A program made the position numbers and the translations under genes. 64,000 nt of DNA. Source: Fistulifera solaris. Lineage: Eukaryota. The DNA is taken from the NCBI GenBank assembly GCA_030295235.1, contig AP026128.1, positions 124,001 to 188,000 of the forward strand. The letters run 5' to 3'. The notes beneath the pieces are model-generated. The model was not told where the DNA came from, searched no databases, and worked only from the letters and a program-made list of their open reading frames with translations. Every line of letters begins with the position of its first letter. The first letter of the stretch is position 1. Of the stretch, positions 1-12,171 are shown one piece after another.

Positions 1-50
1 AATGTTATCGCTTCAACTTAGTGCTTATTTCTTTCATCGCTATTTCTTCC

Positions 51-898
51 TCACAGCGTTTTAGGTTTTCTTCGAAAGAGGGAAGGCAAATAAGCTTTCC
101 CTAATCCTTTCAAAATCAACGCGGCCCAATACAGTTGCAACAAGAGTAACACCACCGAACTACCCCAACAGGCCGACATGAAGACACGATACGGTAGATG
201 AGGATGTTGTGAATACAACAAAAATGACTGCTCATATAAGAATACAGTCGCGGCATCAACATCCCGATCCGAACGTAGAGAAAGGTCCCACAAAACAGCA
301 ATCGGACTTTCAGATACAGACCGGGATATCGATCCACCAAGGACGGGAATTCTTTGAAAAAGTTCATGATCGACAAGGGAATTGTACTCAATTCAAAGAT
401 ACCGAAAAGAATGGGATCCAGTACCGAAATCCATTGCGCAAAAAGCCCGTCATGATCCCCACGGCCACGACCGTGAGATGATGTAAAATCATGATGGGAT
501 TTTCTTCGACGGCAAAGATACCGACCGGAATGGCCCATAATTGAAATCCCAGTTGAAAACAACTCAGAAATAAAACGTGTTCGTGTCCTTGTATTTTTTC
601 CACGTCCGTTAACGAAGAATCGAGATGATTTTCGTAATACAGGCCCAAGACCGACAAGACGATGCAAGCACACAAACTGGTGGCTTGGTAACTGATCTTT
701 TCTCCGTGCGGACGTTGAAACGTCCTTCGCAGCATATAAATCAATGATATACAGCAACACAACATACAGTGCCGTGATTCCACTGGCACATGCGACGGTT
801 TGCGGCACGACGATTTGTCGCAATACACTCGATTCGAGAAAAATCGGGCCGTCATTCAATGCACCGATGCGTTCCGCGAGTGTCGCGTCTGGAAACAT
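51..898 (-). CDS. TLC (TRAM/LAG1/CLN8) domain membrane protein; 3 apparent homopolymer frameshifts
   Basis: Joining ORFs 116..898, 388..855 and 51..293 gives a continuous multi-TM protein with TLC hallmarks (MILHHLTV, FFGIFELSTIPL, F..TFLYVRI, LQLYWAALIL). The frame switches fall in A or T runs near 700, 408 and 222. Confidence 0.75.
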
Positions 899-1605
899 TC
901 TCTCTGTTCCGGTTCTTTACCAACAAATGAAAATGACGTTGAATAAGTTTGGAAATGTGTTGTAGCTTTTTAGGGTTCGCAAGCAATAAAAAGGACACCG
1001 ATCGAGCTTTTGCGGAGAAAATGAAGCATTCGCGATCGCAAAACAAAAACGTCGGCTGCGTCTCGTCGTCGTCGCGAGCGCGCCGATCGGGATGCTGACT
1101 ATAATGTCACTGTGTACCAGGAGTTCATTTTTTCTTAAAAATCAGTGCAAGTCGTAAGGTTAAGAGAAGCGCTTGTACAATTACGAGGCTTCATGATTAA
1201 CCTTACTGTATTAGTTGGAGTTAGGAGCTAGGATCATCTCGCTAGGTTTACAGGTAGATAGCTTCCCAGGAGAACTAAAGATACGAAAGTACGCCACTCA
1301 AACATTTAACAATACCTGTAGAAAGATAGCTCATCGTAAACAGCATGAAACAGGCATGTTGCACGCGGAAGTCTCCTATCGCCGGGAATCAGTTTTGCTC
1401 GCATCGTAACTTTCCTCAACTCTGTGGAGTTTATTGCTCAATTCAGCCTTACTTTCTAAGCAGAATCAGCATAGATTTCGAGCGAAGTAGCCTAAGCTTC
1501 TCACGGGGATCAGGACGTTTTGTCGCCATTTTGTACTTAATTTCCTTAAGGAAATTGTTCTACGCAAGGGATGTAAACTTCTCACGAAGAATCGTTCTTT
1601 ATAGT

Positions 1606-2171
1606 TTATTTTGAATCCAGGACTTCCAACATTTCAATGTCAAAAATCAATGCGGCTCCACCGGGAATGAGAGCACCGGCGCCGCGATCACCATACGCCA
1701 ATTCACTGGGGATGTACAATTCCCACTTGGCACCCTCTTTCATCAACATCATGGCTTCCGTCCACCCTTTGATGACCTGATTCGGGGCGAAAGTCAATGG
1801 CTGTCCTCGTTTGTAACTACTATCGAATTCGGTGCCATCAATGAGACGACCGGCGTAATGGCAGTTGGTGGGCTGACTGATGGTGGGTGTCTTGCCGACG
1901 CCGGGGCGAATTTCTATAGCAAGGGAAGCAAGAACGTTAAGAAAATGAGCAAGTCATCAAAAGATCAAGACGAACTAGAAGGAAATTGGCGTACAGAGGC
2001 AACAAGCACCCGACACAATTGACGAACCTTTGTAAAGCAAGCCCGAGGGAAGTTTTACAACGCCCTCTTCCTTTTCCTTTGCCGCAAGGAATTTTAAGCC
2101 TTCTTCATTGGTTCCTGCGTGAGTGAAGGCAGCAATCAACGCTACTATTAGGAAAAGAAAGATTTGAACAT
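1606..2171 (-). CDS. FKBP-type peptidyl-prolyl isomerase with signal peptide (Mip/FkpA-like N-terminus); intron 1914..2027
   Basis: Spliced product reads GVVKLPSGLLYK-EIRPGVGKTP...HYAGRLIDGTEFDSSYKRGQPLTFAPNQVIKGWTEAM...YIPSELAYG. The GT-AG intron restores frame. There is a probable indel in the T-rich signal-peptide codons near 2155. Confidence 0.9.
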
Positions 2172-2440
2172 TGTTTTCTGTCTTATTTCGAAGATACGTA
2201 TGCCACAATAGGAGGGGCAACAAAATAATAATGTTTGCAACGAAAAAGCGGACGCGAGATGATGCGGGCGGTGGAAGATATTTCCGTCGTACACTCTGTC
2301 ATATACTCCGTACTAAAAAGTCGTTGTTGCTACTAAAACGTTCCAAATTCCTAATTCCTTCCGCTATGTTCAAGTTTCTGGTTTCTGGCTGGGTCATAAA
2401 ATTAATCTCGGCGAGAGTTTTCTAACAAAGTTTCTAATAC

Positions 2441-4890
2441 TTAATCAGCACTTTCTCCCACCACTGCAATGACCGCCCGGTTCAAAATGGAAATTGAAAG
2501 CGGCATTCCGCGTTCTCTGGCCAGCGCTCGGGCTAGAACGATTGAATTCTTGATCTGGCGACCATTTAATTGGGAACCAGACGCTAGTTCGAGGTAATCG
2601 GCATCAGAGAATGCGACACGATAGCGGGACACCTTGCGAGGGTTCTTGGTCAATTTTTCTTCACGAGCACTATCCAAGAGTGGGACCAACTCTATCAAGT
2701 TCTTCCACACTTTGGCTCGACCTTCGACATCCAACGGTGGATATCCCAACATGACCGTGATTCGCGATGCAATGGCGGCATCAATACTTCTGGCGTCGCG
2801 GTTTGAACTTAAAAATAAACAACCGCTGTAGTATTCAAGGAGACGCAGCATCACGCATACAAGCGCGTTACGCTGAATCTCGGTACTGTTGCGAGCTTCT
2901 AAAAATATATCTGCTTCATCGATCAACACCAATGCATCCCAAGTCTGACACAAATCTAAGACAGCGCCCAAAGTTTTCTCGACTTCAGCTGCGGTGATAC
3001 CTAGATCACCTGCTGTCACTATGTAGAGTGGCTTCTTTAGTAATTCAGCAATGGCTTCCGCCGTCAACGTCTTTCCGCATCCTGGAGGACCATGTAGCAA
3101 AAGATACTTGCTCCTCCTTTGTTGGCTACGACATCCAATCCAGCCTCCTCTTCGTCATCGCTGTCGTCGTCATCATTATCACCCACATGATCTATTTCTG
3201 TTTTCTTACCGCCACCGGCTTTTCTCGCCACCGCACGGATTAATTCTTTCTTATCGGCAGCCAATACCAGTTGTTCAAACGCCTGTTCTTGAAAGCGTAT
3301 ATATCCGCAATTTCCGCAACTTCCTTCTCCACCCAAGGCTGCCTGTTCGACTCCCATTCGTCGAGTGGACGGTCTCCGCATTGCGGTCATGGCCGCCTGT
3401 TTCCCTACCACTCGGACGGGTTTCGGCATTCCCAGCAACAACTTACCCCACACACGCGCCGTAAAAGAAAAGCCAGTGAGCATGGGCCACGCCTGCCAAA
3501 GATGTTGACGATCGGAATCGTTTCGATGTTGCTTTCTGATGGAGACGGTAAATTCCGGTAAAATGGCAGTGCGAAAAGGAACCGCCACTCCTGTACGTTT
3601 GGATTGTTCAAACAACTTGATAGCTTCCTTGACCGTGTCGGACATGCCGTCATTTCCACGAACTGGCAAATGACCTTCCAAAATACCTCTGGACCAGTCA
3701 AACATAATGAATGTGTCAGCCAAAATGAGTTCTAGGATCGTTCAAAACAAGTTTTATTTCTCACCGTTTCACATCCACCATGACACGTCCACCTTTACTC
3801 AATGGCCGCACCGCATTACTATTCCAGCCAGATGTTAGAATAGGAAAGAAAGAATCGGGAGAATACTCCAAATAGTGATTATCGGTCGCCACTGACGCAT
3901 AGAATTCTCCTCGTTGCTGCAATCGCTCCAACAACTGTGCATCGTCCGCATGCAACTGCGGCTGCAACTTCCGGTGCGTCAAATCCTTGACGGGGACGTT
4001 GCGCGTCGGATCATGAAACTCGGGGTATACATCGGTGGCAGCCACAAAGACGAGTTCGGTGCCCACGGAAATACAAAATTCCAACACCAACACGAAACGT
4101 CGTTTCATCGTGTGAGTGGCGGGATTCCATTCTTCCCGCTGCACGATTGGACACAACGACAGCCGACGGGACTCCCTTCCATACCCGCCGGGAACGCCAG
4201 TAATTGCGAACCAGGAGAAAACAGTTCACCCAATCCAGGAAAGAAACTCACCGATTCCGTCGTGGCAATTTCATCCCGTGCTTGTTGCAAGCTCGGTGTC
4301 AAGGATTCAATCTTTTCCAAAAATGCTTCCAACCCATCCACACGCACTTGTACACGTTTCAATTGCGCAGAACGTTGTAAGATCCGTTCGGATACATTCT
4401 GATAAACCCCCGCATTGGAAAGCAATTCCATAAAACGAACTTTCCCCAATTCATCTTCTTCGATCGTATCCTTAACTTCGAACCGGTGTTGTAATAATGT
4501 ATTCAAAGTCTGGGATTCGCATACCAAACAACGCAACACATTAAGTTTGAGAATGCAGCGCTGTAGCAGAATAGGTTCTTGCTTGGCGAGTGTATAATCC
4601 GTCATGCGGTAGACACAGGGAGCCAACGGAATGACCACCACATCCTCCTCTAGCACGGGCACCAGTGTGGTCGGTTTATCATCTTTGGAGAGTAACAAGA
4701 AAGCTTGAATGTCTTCCGCATATTCAAACGGTGTTTCGTGCGTTTTGAATTGTTTGCTGGACACGACTTTGGGGGCATCTTCCGATGATGTTGATGATAA
4801 TGGAGATGTTTGTTGTGCTAATGCCGCAGCTAGACCGGGAGGGCCCTTACGACTTTGAATTTGTGCCAATAAATCAGCAGGACCGGGCAT
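2441..4890 (-). CDS. AAA+ ATPase with long N-terminal region; intron 3689..3764; apparent frameshifts
   Basis: Walker A HGPPGCGKTLTAEAIAE, Walker B LVLIDEADIFLEAR, LRLLEYYSGCLFLSSNR, IDAAIASRI and LNGRQIKN. ORFs 4105..4890, 3761..4156, 3064..3723 and 2441..3100 join via one intron and homopolymer shifts. Confidence 0.85.
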
Positions 4891-5327
4891 GGTGGTGTTC
4901 AGTTAACTAATGATAGTTGAAACAATTTGTTTGCAGATAATCCGGACAAGGTATATGGTAAAAGTGACTCCCTCCGACCTTTGTTGAGGCGAAATAATGG
5001 AAATGTCTCGCTCTCGAGGTTTTATTGGCATTTTCTATTATGTTACTTGTACATGGTACTGTTTTCGTCTTAGTACTATCCGGTACTCGGGAGAATTATG
5101 AAAATTCATAGTGCGACACTATGTGCCCAAAGGATTACGGATCGCAGATAAGAGTTCAAAAACACGTAACAATAACCCGCGACCACGACTCTTCACTCGG
5201 AAGCAAAAGAAAACGAAACAACCCCACGTAACAAAAAAGAAAATGAATCTTCTTGCCACACAGCGGTGTCAAAACAAATCAAACGTCAATAACACTCTCC
5301 TTCTATCATTCCCAAAAGAAAGAAAAG

Positions 5328-6377
5328 ATGGCAACCGCAACCGCAGTCCCGTTGTTGAGTCCCACTCCTAATCTCCTTCCCTCTCCATTTCCGGCACCCC
5401 AAATCTATACGTATTCGATCCCCAAGGAGAATGATGCGCCCATTGGGATTAAAATGGAACAAAAGTTACAAAGAAATATTGTTATCTGTGGTATACATGA
5501 AGGAACTCCATTTGAAAGGTCGGGAGCTCGAGTCGGACAGGAGATTCTCATGATCAACGGGAGCGTCACCAATTCCCCCCGTACCGCCGCCGCCTTGATT
5601 CGAAGTACACCGACACCGGGAATCGTCACGCTGGTGACTGCCGATCCGACTCATTCGTCGCTGTATAAGCATATCACAGTATCACCTACTGCGGTGCGGT
5701 GGACTCCGGTACGAGAGGGGACCCTGTTGCGTCTGGGGCGAGTCTTTGAGAAAGCATTGTCGAGTGGTCTCAATGAAGGGGATATCGTGTTGGCGGTGCA
5801 CGGGCGACCCGTGAGTACCATGGACGAAGTGCACCGTGTCGTACACGCGGAACAAAGAGATGATGTCCTACTTTCGTTCTACGTGTTGGATCCTACATCA
5901 TTGCGCGACAGTATTTGGAGAGCCGTGACGCAACGGATCCGTGCCAGTCGATACAAAGAACTCGTGGGTGACACCGTGACTCTGCGACCCATCGCTGATA
6001 CGTTCGAAGACAGAACAGATATCTTTGGTTTATTTATTCAGCAACGATTAAAAGCAAGAGTTGTCTTTGATCCGGACACGTACCGCATGGTGGATCCTTG
6101 GCAATACTGGTCTGCGCACTACCTTAACGGCCGCATCGAACACGAGTCGGCCATAGAGTTCCATCGCAGTTCCTACAAAAAGGTATTGGCGGTAATGCGA
6201 GAGTACAACCGGATATTGGAATACAATTTACGACAGTTGGAAGAACTCGTTTGTCAGGAATGTTGGCGTGTTTCGTCCGGGATGTCACCCATGATGGCGG
6301 TGTTTGCGACCGTTGAAGTGGACCACAATGATGACGAAGATGCGATCCCCATAGCTACAGCTACGTTTTATGAATAG
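5328..6377 (+). CDS. PDZ-domain protein (two PDZ-like units)
   Basis: Intact ORF from ATG 5328. PIGIKMEQ...IHEGTPFERSGARVGQEILMING and SSGLNEGDIVLAVHGRPV are PDZ-like signatures. Confidence 0.7.
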   Translation: MATATAVPLLSPTPNLLPSPFPAPQIYTYSIPKENDAPIGIKMEQKLQRNIVICGIHEGTPFERSGARVGQEILMINGSVTNSPRTAAALIRSTPTPGIVTLVTADPTHSSLYKHITVSPTAVRWTPVREGTLLRLGRVFEKALSSGLNEGDIVLAVHGRPVSTMDEVHRVVHAEQRDDVLLSFYVLDPTSLRDSIWRAVTQRIRASRYKELVGDTVTLRPIADTFEDRTDIFGLFIQQRLKARVVFDPDTYRMVDPWQYWSAHYLNGRIEHESAIEFHRSSYKKVLAVMREYNRILEYNLRQLEELVCQECWRVSSGMSPMMAVFATVEVDHNDDEDAIPIATATFYE

Positions 6378-7370
6378 CAACAGACGTGAAAGAGCTTGAC
6401 ACTCTAATGAAATAATACTCTGTCAGCTGTAACTTCGGCATGTACGAGTAATACCCTTTATTTTTGTTATCGCTGCATCTTGGGTCCTGTTGTGTGTTGT
6501 ATACCTTGTCTAGAGAGCTAGATACTTTAAGTTTCTTGGTGCATGGTACCAATATGCATCATCATTTATCATTATTGTGTTTTCCTTTTTCCTCGTCGTA
6601 TATTGCCTATCACGACTTCTTTAGGTCCTGAATACTACGTCCTCAAAAGTACCGTAAAAAACGAAGACGTCGTCATAATTTTTAGGCCTTTCTTGCACTT
6701 CGTCCTTCGTCCTTTGCCCAAAGAAAGAGCCGAAGAGGCCCAACGCGAAACGCGAACGCGGAACGCGGATACCGGATACCGGATACCGGATAGTGGATGG
6801 ATGATAGTTTCTCCGCGGCCCAATGCACTACGCACTACATCTCACATGAGTCAAACAGAAAGGCACTTGAAGTTTAACTCAATAGTCGTTCTTAAATCTA
6901 CTTTAACAGCGAGAGTCAAGTCATTCATGAGTTCCGCCGAACGTACCCATTGGCTGATATATTTTCTTTGTATAGAGACAAAACAGTTTTTGAGGAACGT
7001 AGCGAACGACGGTGTAAGTTTAATGTACGTAGTTCGTACTTTCCGTGTCTCCTTCGCCTCATGCGCTCGACACTCGACGATCGACGACACGGCCACCGGC
7101 CACGGCCACCGGCCACCGGCCACCTTGCGAAAGATGCAGCACGAAGCGCTTTCAAGGAGACAAACTCGAAGCAAACCTTCAGCTGCATTCGCGTTGCTGC
7201 CCTTCATTCTCATTTGGTGCTTCTGGAGTGGGAATCGAACGTTTTAAATTAGAAGAGTTGTCACTGAGATTCTTTGTCGGATTGGGGAAGGTGAAAGGAA
7301 GATTTCAAAATAAATTATACACCAACCGAACCTTCAATCACACTCTACTCAACTCGACTACCCTATAACC

Positions 7371-7736
7371 ATGGCTGTTGAAGACGAAAACAAGGTCGTT
7401 AACCGACAAGCTGTAGGAGCGCACCCTCTTCGTCGGAATCTGATACGACCTCGGCCCTTAGGAGAAAGGGAGAGATATGCAGTTCTCATCAAAGTGCTCA
7501 TGAAATATCTCGATCACGGCGAGCGAACCCACCTGAAGCAACCCGCTCGTGACATTATTCTTCACTGCGTTCGCCGCAATCGCATGGGGGACAAAGAATA
7601 CATGCCGTTACAGGAAGCCATCAGTCAACGACTTCGGATTTATTTGGGTGGCGAAATTTGGGATAAAGTCGATCATTTTTGCCATCAGCAATTTCTCAAG
7701 CACACGCTTCCTCCAGCTACCGTCTCCTCTGAATAA
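7371..7736 (+). CDS. Small helical hypothetical protein (diatom-type family)
   Basis: 121-aa ATG ORF. The pattern LIKVLMKYL...IILHCVRRNRMGD..YMPL..AI..RLR...G...W resembles a family I recognise from diatom proteomes. Function unknown. Confidence 0.6.
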   Translation: MAVEDENKVVNRQAVGAHPLRRNLIRPRPLGERERYAVLIKVLMKYLDHGERTHLKQPARDIILHCVRRNRMGDKEYMPLQEAISQRLRIYLGGEIWDKVDHFCHQQFLKHTLPPATVSSE

Positions 7737-8063
7737 AAGGTTGAATGGTGGGCTGGAGTAACGTTATTCCCTTCTAAGCTACTGCAGTTCTCGCGAAGAG
7801 CCGCGCGCTCACGTAGCCAGGAAGGATTTGTAAACTTAAAACTATTGTAGATGAAATAAACACTCATTGTTATGACGTCTAGTTTGCTGACTAGGAAATC
7901 AATTAAACAGCTACGGTTACAGAGGAAAACAAACTGTAGGCTGGTGAAGAATAATGTTAATCGTCACCGTGTCACGAATGCGTTCGGAAGCGAACTCCGC
8001 GCTTGTTCTAGGCCTCGATTATTGTTAACTACTACAAATGACTTAGGATCTCCTGCGTTACAG

Positions 8064-10463
8064 CTATGAAGGAACCGATTCCTCTATTCTCCTTGAACAT
8101 TGCTCACTTAAGTTTAGAGTAACGCGAACAATTGCTCTAGGGGTTTCCAAGTCACCCAGTTCACCCAGTGCGATGTCATCGTTTCCCACAAGTGGAAGTA
8201 TGTCTTGCACTTTGAGGTCCAAATTTTTCCAAGCAATAGGCCTTGTTCGTCTGGTGAAGTGGGTGAAAAGAAGCGGGTGCACCTGATCGTCGATATAGGG
8301 TACAGGAAGGTAATAATCTATCGTTCCATTCATCATTTCAGCAAATGAACGATAGGCCTTCATTTCTACCAACGTGCCGCTTTCGTCAGGTTCCAACTCT
8401 TGAGGGAGCACTTGAGCTGTAACACTCCAAGGTCCGACTGTTTTAGTTTTACCATACTCGAGCTGGTCACCTACAGCAAATCGATCGGCTTCTCGGAATG
8501 GAAAACACCGTGGATAAAAGACGGATACTGTACCATCTTTTTGTAGATGAACTCCGTAATCCTTTCGACACTGCAGCCACCCCTCCTTCAAAGTCTTCGC
8601 TTGCACTCGTTCCAGAAAAGAGACGACGCTTTTATCTGAAAACATGCCCAGTCCAGCCGAGTGCAAGACTTCCCGTAAAACGAATTTCCAGAAAAAGAGT
8701 CCCTGTTCTTTCCAAGGTGCAGTCGCGAACTGTAATCCCATTGGTTTGTACGTGGTTTGATCCAGAAATGGCTGTAACGCTAATTGGTAAAAGAGAGCCC
8801 GACATTCATCACTTTCCACCGCCAACGCACTCAGATTGTTCATAGAACCCTCTCCATACACCTCTTCAAGTAACGGCATTAGCCGATTGCGTAACTTGCC
8901 TCGCGTAGACCAATGCGGGGTGGTATCTTTGAAATAGGGCACGCCAAACTGATGTGCGTAATCAAATATGGTACTTTTTTCCAACGGCAGCAGTGGTCGC
9001 AATAGTGTCACTCCATCATTCTGCGACACAGCCGTCATGCCGCTCAAATCGAGTGGTCCGCATCCTTTGTGTGCGTTGGACAGGACATTTTCTCGCAAAT
9101 CTCCTTTATGATGACCCAAGAGTATTCCTATGCCATCAAACTCCGCAATGGCATCGCGGTACGCCTGATAGCGGATTTCTCGAGCGATACGTTCATATTC
9201 ATCCCGTGCTGTAATGCCTCGCGTGACTTCATCAATGCGACGGCATCGATAAACAATGCCTAACTGGTCACAGTAGCGCTGCACGTATTGCGCTTCAGCG
9301 GATGATTCTCGTCGATTGGCATAATCGATGTGCACCGCAACCAAAGGAGGCAATTGGAATTGCGCGCGCAACTGATTCAACACAAACGCAATGACCATGC
9401 TATCGACACCCCCCGATAACGATACAATCCAAGTTTTCGTTTCGTTTTCTTGTACGTGTGTTTGCACAAAATCCTGTAACGTTCGTGTCACAACATGACG
9501 CGGAGCGAGTGTCAAATCGGCGGGGAATGCCGCACATTCCAAGATATCATCGTCCGTAAAACCTTCTTCGTTATTGTCACCACCAACACGACGTTCTTCG
9601 TCGTACAGTACCGCCATGCGTCGATTCGTAGCGGTGCGGAACCGCCGCAACAATTCGTGACATTGTTCCCACATGTCAGCGGAATGCGCAATTTGTGTTT
9701 GAACGTATTGTACGGTTTCCCGACTCGATTGATGCCGATACGGCATCAGTGCAAAGACCATCATCGGAATCGGTATCATGGCCGTCTTCCATTCCGCAGC
9801 ATGTTCCTTTTGCAAACGTTCCGCAATGGAAAATGCGAGTTGATCCAATTGCGATTGGGGAGGCAACGAAGAAGAAGTGCGTTGCATATGACGAGCCATT
9901 TGATCCAGTAAAATGATGGCCGCCATTTTCCCGCGGTAGCCGTACTGATCCGCACACCATGGCAACGCTGCATTGGTCTGGTATTCATCCCACACATATT
10001 GGATGGAAGTCATGAATTGTTGCGAAATTTGTTCGTCTACTTTATTCCGCTTCGCTTCATCAGTAATCATCCATAAATTCTTTTGTGCTTGTTGAGGAGG
10101 GTATTGACCAAACCAATAATGTAATACGTTTTCAATTTGTTGTAACTCTTGTAACGATGTATCGGTTGTTGTTGTATTCGAATTCGACATGGCTTCCCTC
10201 TCCTTCGAAGTGGTCTCATCGTGTTTTGGGTTCTTCCCGAACGTCGTTGGAGGCAGCATTCGTTGCAACATCGGTCGCAAATATTGTTTCCACAGTTTCA
10301 TTATCATCGGTTGCTTCCAGCGCGCCAGAGTCAGTCCCAATAATAATATCAGCAGGGATGTTCGTCTCCTCGTAGCGATTGCCGGTGTGTGTAGAAAAGC
10401 ATTGCGTCCCAAAGGTGCGAATGGTGATATTGCTCCGGATGATGAATTCATGTCAAACTGCAA
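8064..10463 (-). CDS. tilS: tRNA(Ile)-lysidine synthase-like PP-loop protein with N-terminal DUF924 domain
   Basis: PP-loop SLSGGVDSMV, VHIDYANR, AREIRYQ, LLGHHKGDLREN, LRPLL, YFKDTTP...RGKLRN. The upstream VLHYWFG, AAIILLDQMARH and FALMPYRH motifs are DUF924-like. Intact 799-aa ORF. Confidence 0.85.
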   Translation of the reverse strand: MQFDMNSSSGAISPFAPLGRNAFLHTPAIATRRRTSLLILLLGLTLARWKQPMIMKLWKQYLRPMLQRMLPPTTFGKNPKHDETTSKEREAMSNSNTTTTDTSLQELQQIENVLHYWFGQYPPQQAQKNLWMITDEAKRNKVDEQISQQFMTSIQYVWDEYQTNAALPWCADQYGYRGKMAAIILLDQMARHMQRTSSSLPPQSQLDQLAFSIAERLQKEHAAEWKTAMIPIPMMVFALMPYRHQSSRETVQYVQTQIAHSADMWEQCHELLRRFRTATNRRMAVLYDEERRVGGDNNEEGFTDDDILECAAFPADLTLAPRHVVTRTLQDFVQTHVQENETKTWIVSLSGGVDSMVIAFVLNQLRAQFQLPPLVAVHIDYANRRESSAEAQYVQRYCDQLGIVYRCRRIDEVTRGITARDEYERIAREIRYQAYRDAIAEFDGIGILLGHHKGDLRENVLSNAHKGCGPLDLSGMTAVSQNDGVTLLRPLLPLEKSTIFDYAHQFGVPYFKDTTPHWSTRGKLRNRLMPLLEEVYGEGSMNNLSALAVESDECRALFYQLALQPFLDQTTYKPMGLQFATAPWKEQGLFFWKFVLREVLHSAGLGMFSDKSVVSFLERVQAKTLKEGWLQCRKDYGVHLQKDGTVSVFYPRCFPFREADRFAVGDQLEYGKTKTVGPWSVTAQVLPQELEPDESGTLVEMKAYRSFAEMMNGTIDYYLPVPYIDDQVHPLLFTHFTRRTRPIAWKNLDLKVQDILPLVGNDDIALGELGDLETPRAIVRVTLNLSEQCSRRIEESVPS

Positions 10464-11058
10464 GGAAACTTCTTAGTTCAATGATGGAAGACGTTCAAGG
10501 AATGCATAAATCAATATGCTATTTTATTGCTTTCCTCGTTATACCAAGGATGTTTTTGTGATGCGTCTTGCGCCATGGATCATCGTGAATTTTATCGAGA
10601 TAAGAGGCGACGAAGTGACGTCCAGACGACGACGTCTCGGCCCGGCCGGTTCGGGTCACGAGCGTGACCCCACTATTTCATGAAGTGGTGATAATATAGT
10701 TCCGTTCCCTACAACACCATGTTCAACAAAATGCTTTTGGTCCACACATTATTTCCTATCGCTCTTATTTACAATTTCCCATTTACTCAAGACGAGACTC
10801 GTGACAGAAAATGGCGTCAAGTGGGCTCAAACCTTTGGTTTCCGCCTATGCAAATGAACTTGGTGCGATTTTTTTAACCAATCAGCATGTGTTGGAACTA
10901 AATCGAAGGAAATATCAAATGAAAGGCAAATGTTAATTAACTTTTTAGTTTTGAAAATGCTTTGGAGAAATCAGTTGATTGAGCTCATAAAATAGAAGAT
11001 CATCCGATCCATTGTCTTGCAGCCAGCAAACATTTCGCTCATCATTCAAAACCAAACC

Positions 11059-12171
11059 ATGAAACTCTCTCTCTTTCTCTCCGTCGGACTCTTGTCTTTG
11101 ACCCAAGCACGTCTCCAAGCTACGGTGCGCGAACCAGTTGCGGAATTGGCCGCGGAACTCGCTGGCAAGAAAAACCAAAAGCTGGGATGGCATGCTCCCA
11201 TTCGCGTCTCCTTCAAAATGGAGCACTTCAAGTCATTCCAGGAACCGGACGAGTTCAACAAAAAAGTTGCGGCGGGAGCATTCAATCGCGCCTTTGAACA
11301 GGTCTTTGAGGGCATGACGACGGATTGGGGTTTCATTGACAATGTTGTGGAAGTTCCCGAGGATCCCACCTTCCTCGGTAAAATGAACTACCACAAGAAG
11401 AAGAAGAATCAAAGCAAGAAGTCGAACAACAACAACAACTCGAATGGAGAAATCAGAAACACTTGGACGATCCCGTACGGAACCTACACATCCGACGCGT
11501 GGTGCCGTCTGTGTCCTCCGGATTTGCTGACTGGCGAAAGCTTCTCGGACTTTCTCCAAGACCAAGCCAAGTGGGATGAAGCCGCCAAGTTGTTTTGTGC
11601 GGAATTGAAAGGAACGGGCATTGAGAACTTTGCCGACATCAAGAACTGCGCCTTTTCGGTCAGCTACCTGGGAGCGAACGAGTTGGAAATGATCGAATCC
11701 AGTGTTACGTCGGGTGCTCCAGTATCGGGAAGTACCAAAAGTATCATCACTGCGTTCAACATTCACCCATCGGCTTCCACTAGTGTGGATGTTCTCGAAC
11801 AGTCGTTCGCCGTGGCCTACAACAATGTGTTTGAAGATTATGGATACGTCGTGGAGGGAGTTCAGCTGCTCCGTCAAGTCATCGCTTCGGAAAATGCCAA
11901 CGGTTCGACGGCGGTGCGCGTGCAGGACAACCATATCGCCCTTTCGACCGACCGCGGCGACTTGGCAACGGCCATGGTGTGGGTGAACATTGACTGGAAG
12001 TGCCAGACCTGCGACGCGAACGATTTGCTTCCCGGTGTTTTGTTGCAGAACACGCCCGAAATTGGTCGTCATAGCATCTTGGAGTCGTACCTCTGCCATA
12101 ATTTGCGTGAATTCGGTGATGCGAGCCTCGCAGATGTGGCCGGATGCAACATTGTCTTTCCCATGTGGTAA
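11059..12171 (+). CDS. Secreted hypothetical protein with two internally duplicated Cys-containing domains
   Basis: Signal peptide MKLSLFLSVGLLSLTQA, intact ORF, and repeated WxCxxC..DLL...C..L......AD...C pattern. Confidence 0.75.
   Translation: MKLSLFLSVGLLSLTQARLQATVREPVAELAAELAGKKNQKLGWHAPIRVSFKMEHFKSFQEPDEFNKKVAAGAFNRAFEQVFEGMTTDWGFIDNVVEVPEDPTFLGKMNYHKKKKNQSKKSNNNNNSNGEIRNTWTIPYGTYTSDAWCRLCPPDLLTGESFSDFLQDQAKWDEAAKLFCAELKGTGIENFADIKNCAFSVSYLGANELEMIESSVTSGAPVSGSTKSIITAFNIHPSASTSVDVLEQSFAVAYNNVFEDYGYVVEGVQLLRQVIASENANGSTAVRVQDNHIALSTDRGDLATAMVWVNIDWKCQTCDANDLLPGVLLQNTPEIGRHSILESYLCHNLREFGDASLADVAGCNIVFPMW

Noticed and set aside
6543..7247. 234-aa ORF, and an imperfect 14/15-bp inverted repeat (6635-6648 / 6988-7002)
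   Set aside because: The ORF crosses simple repeats (GGATACC, GGCCACC) and has no protein-like features. The inverted repeat is short and lacks a TSD.
11233..12099. 288-aa antisense ORF
   Set aside because: Shadow of the codon-biased sense gene 11059..12171.
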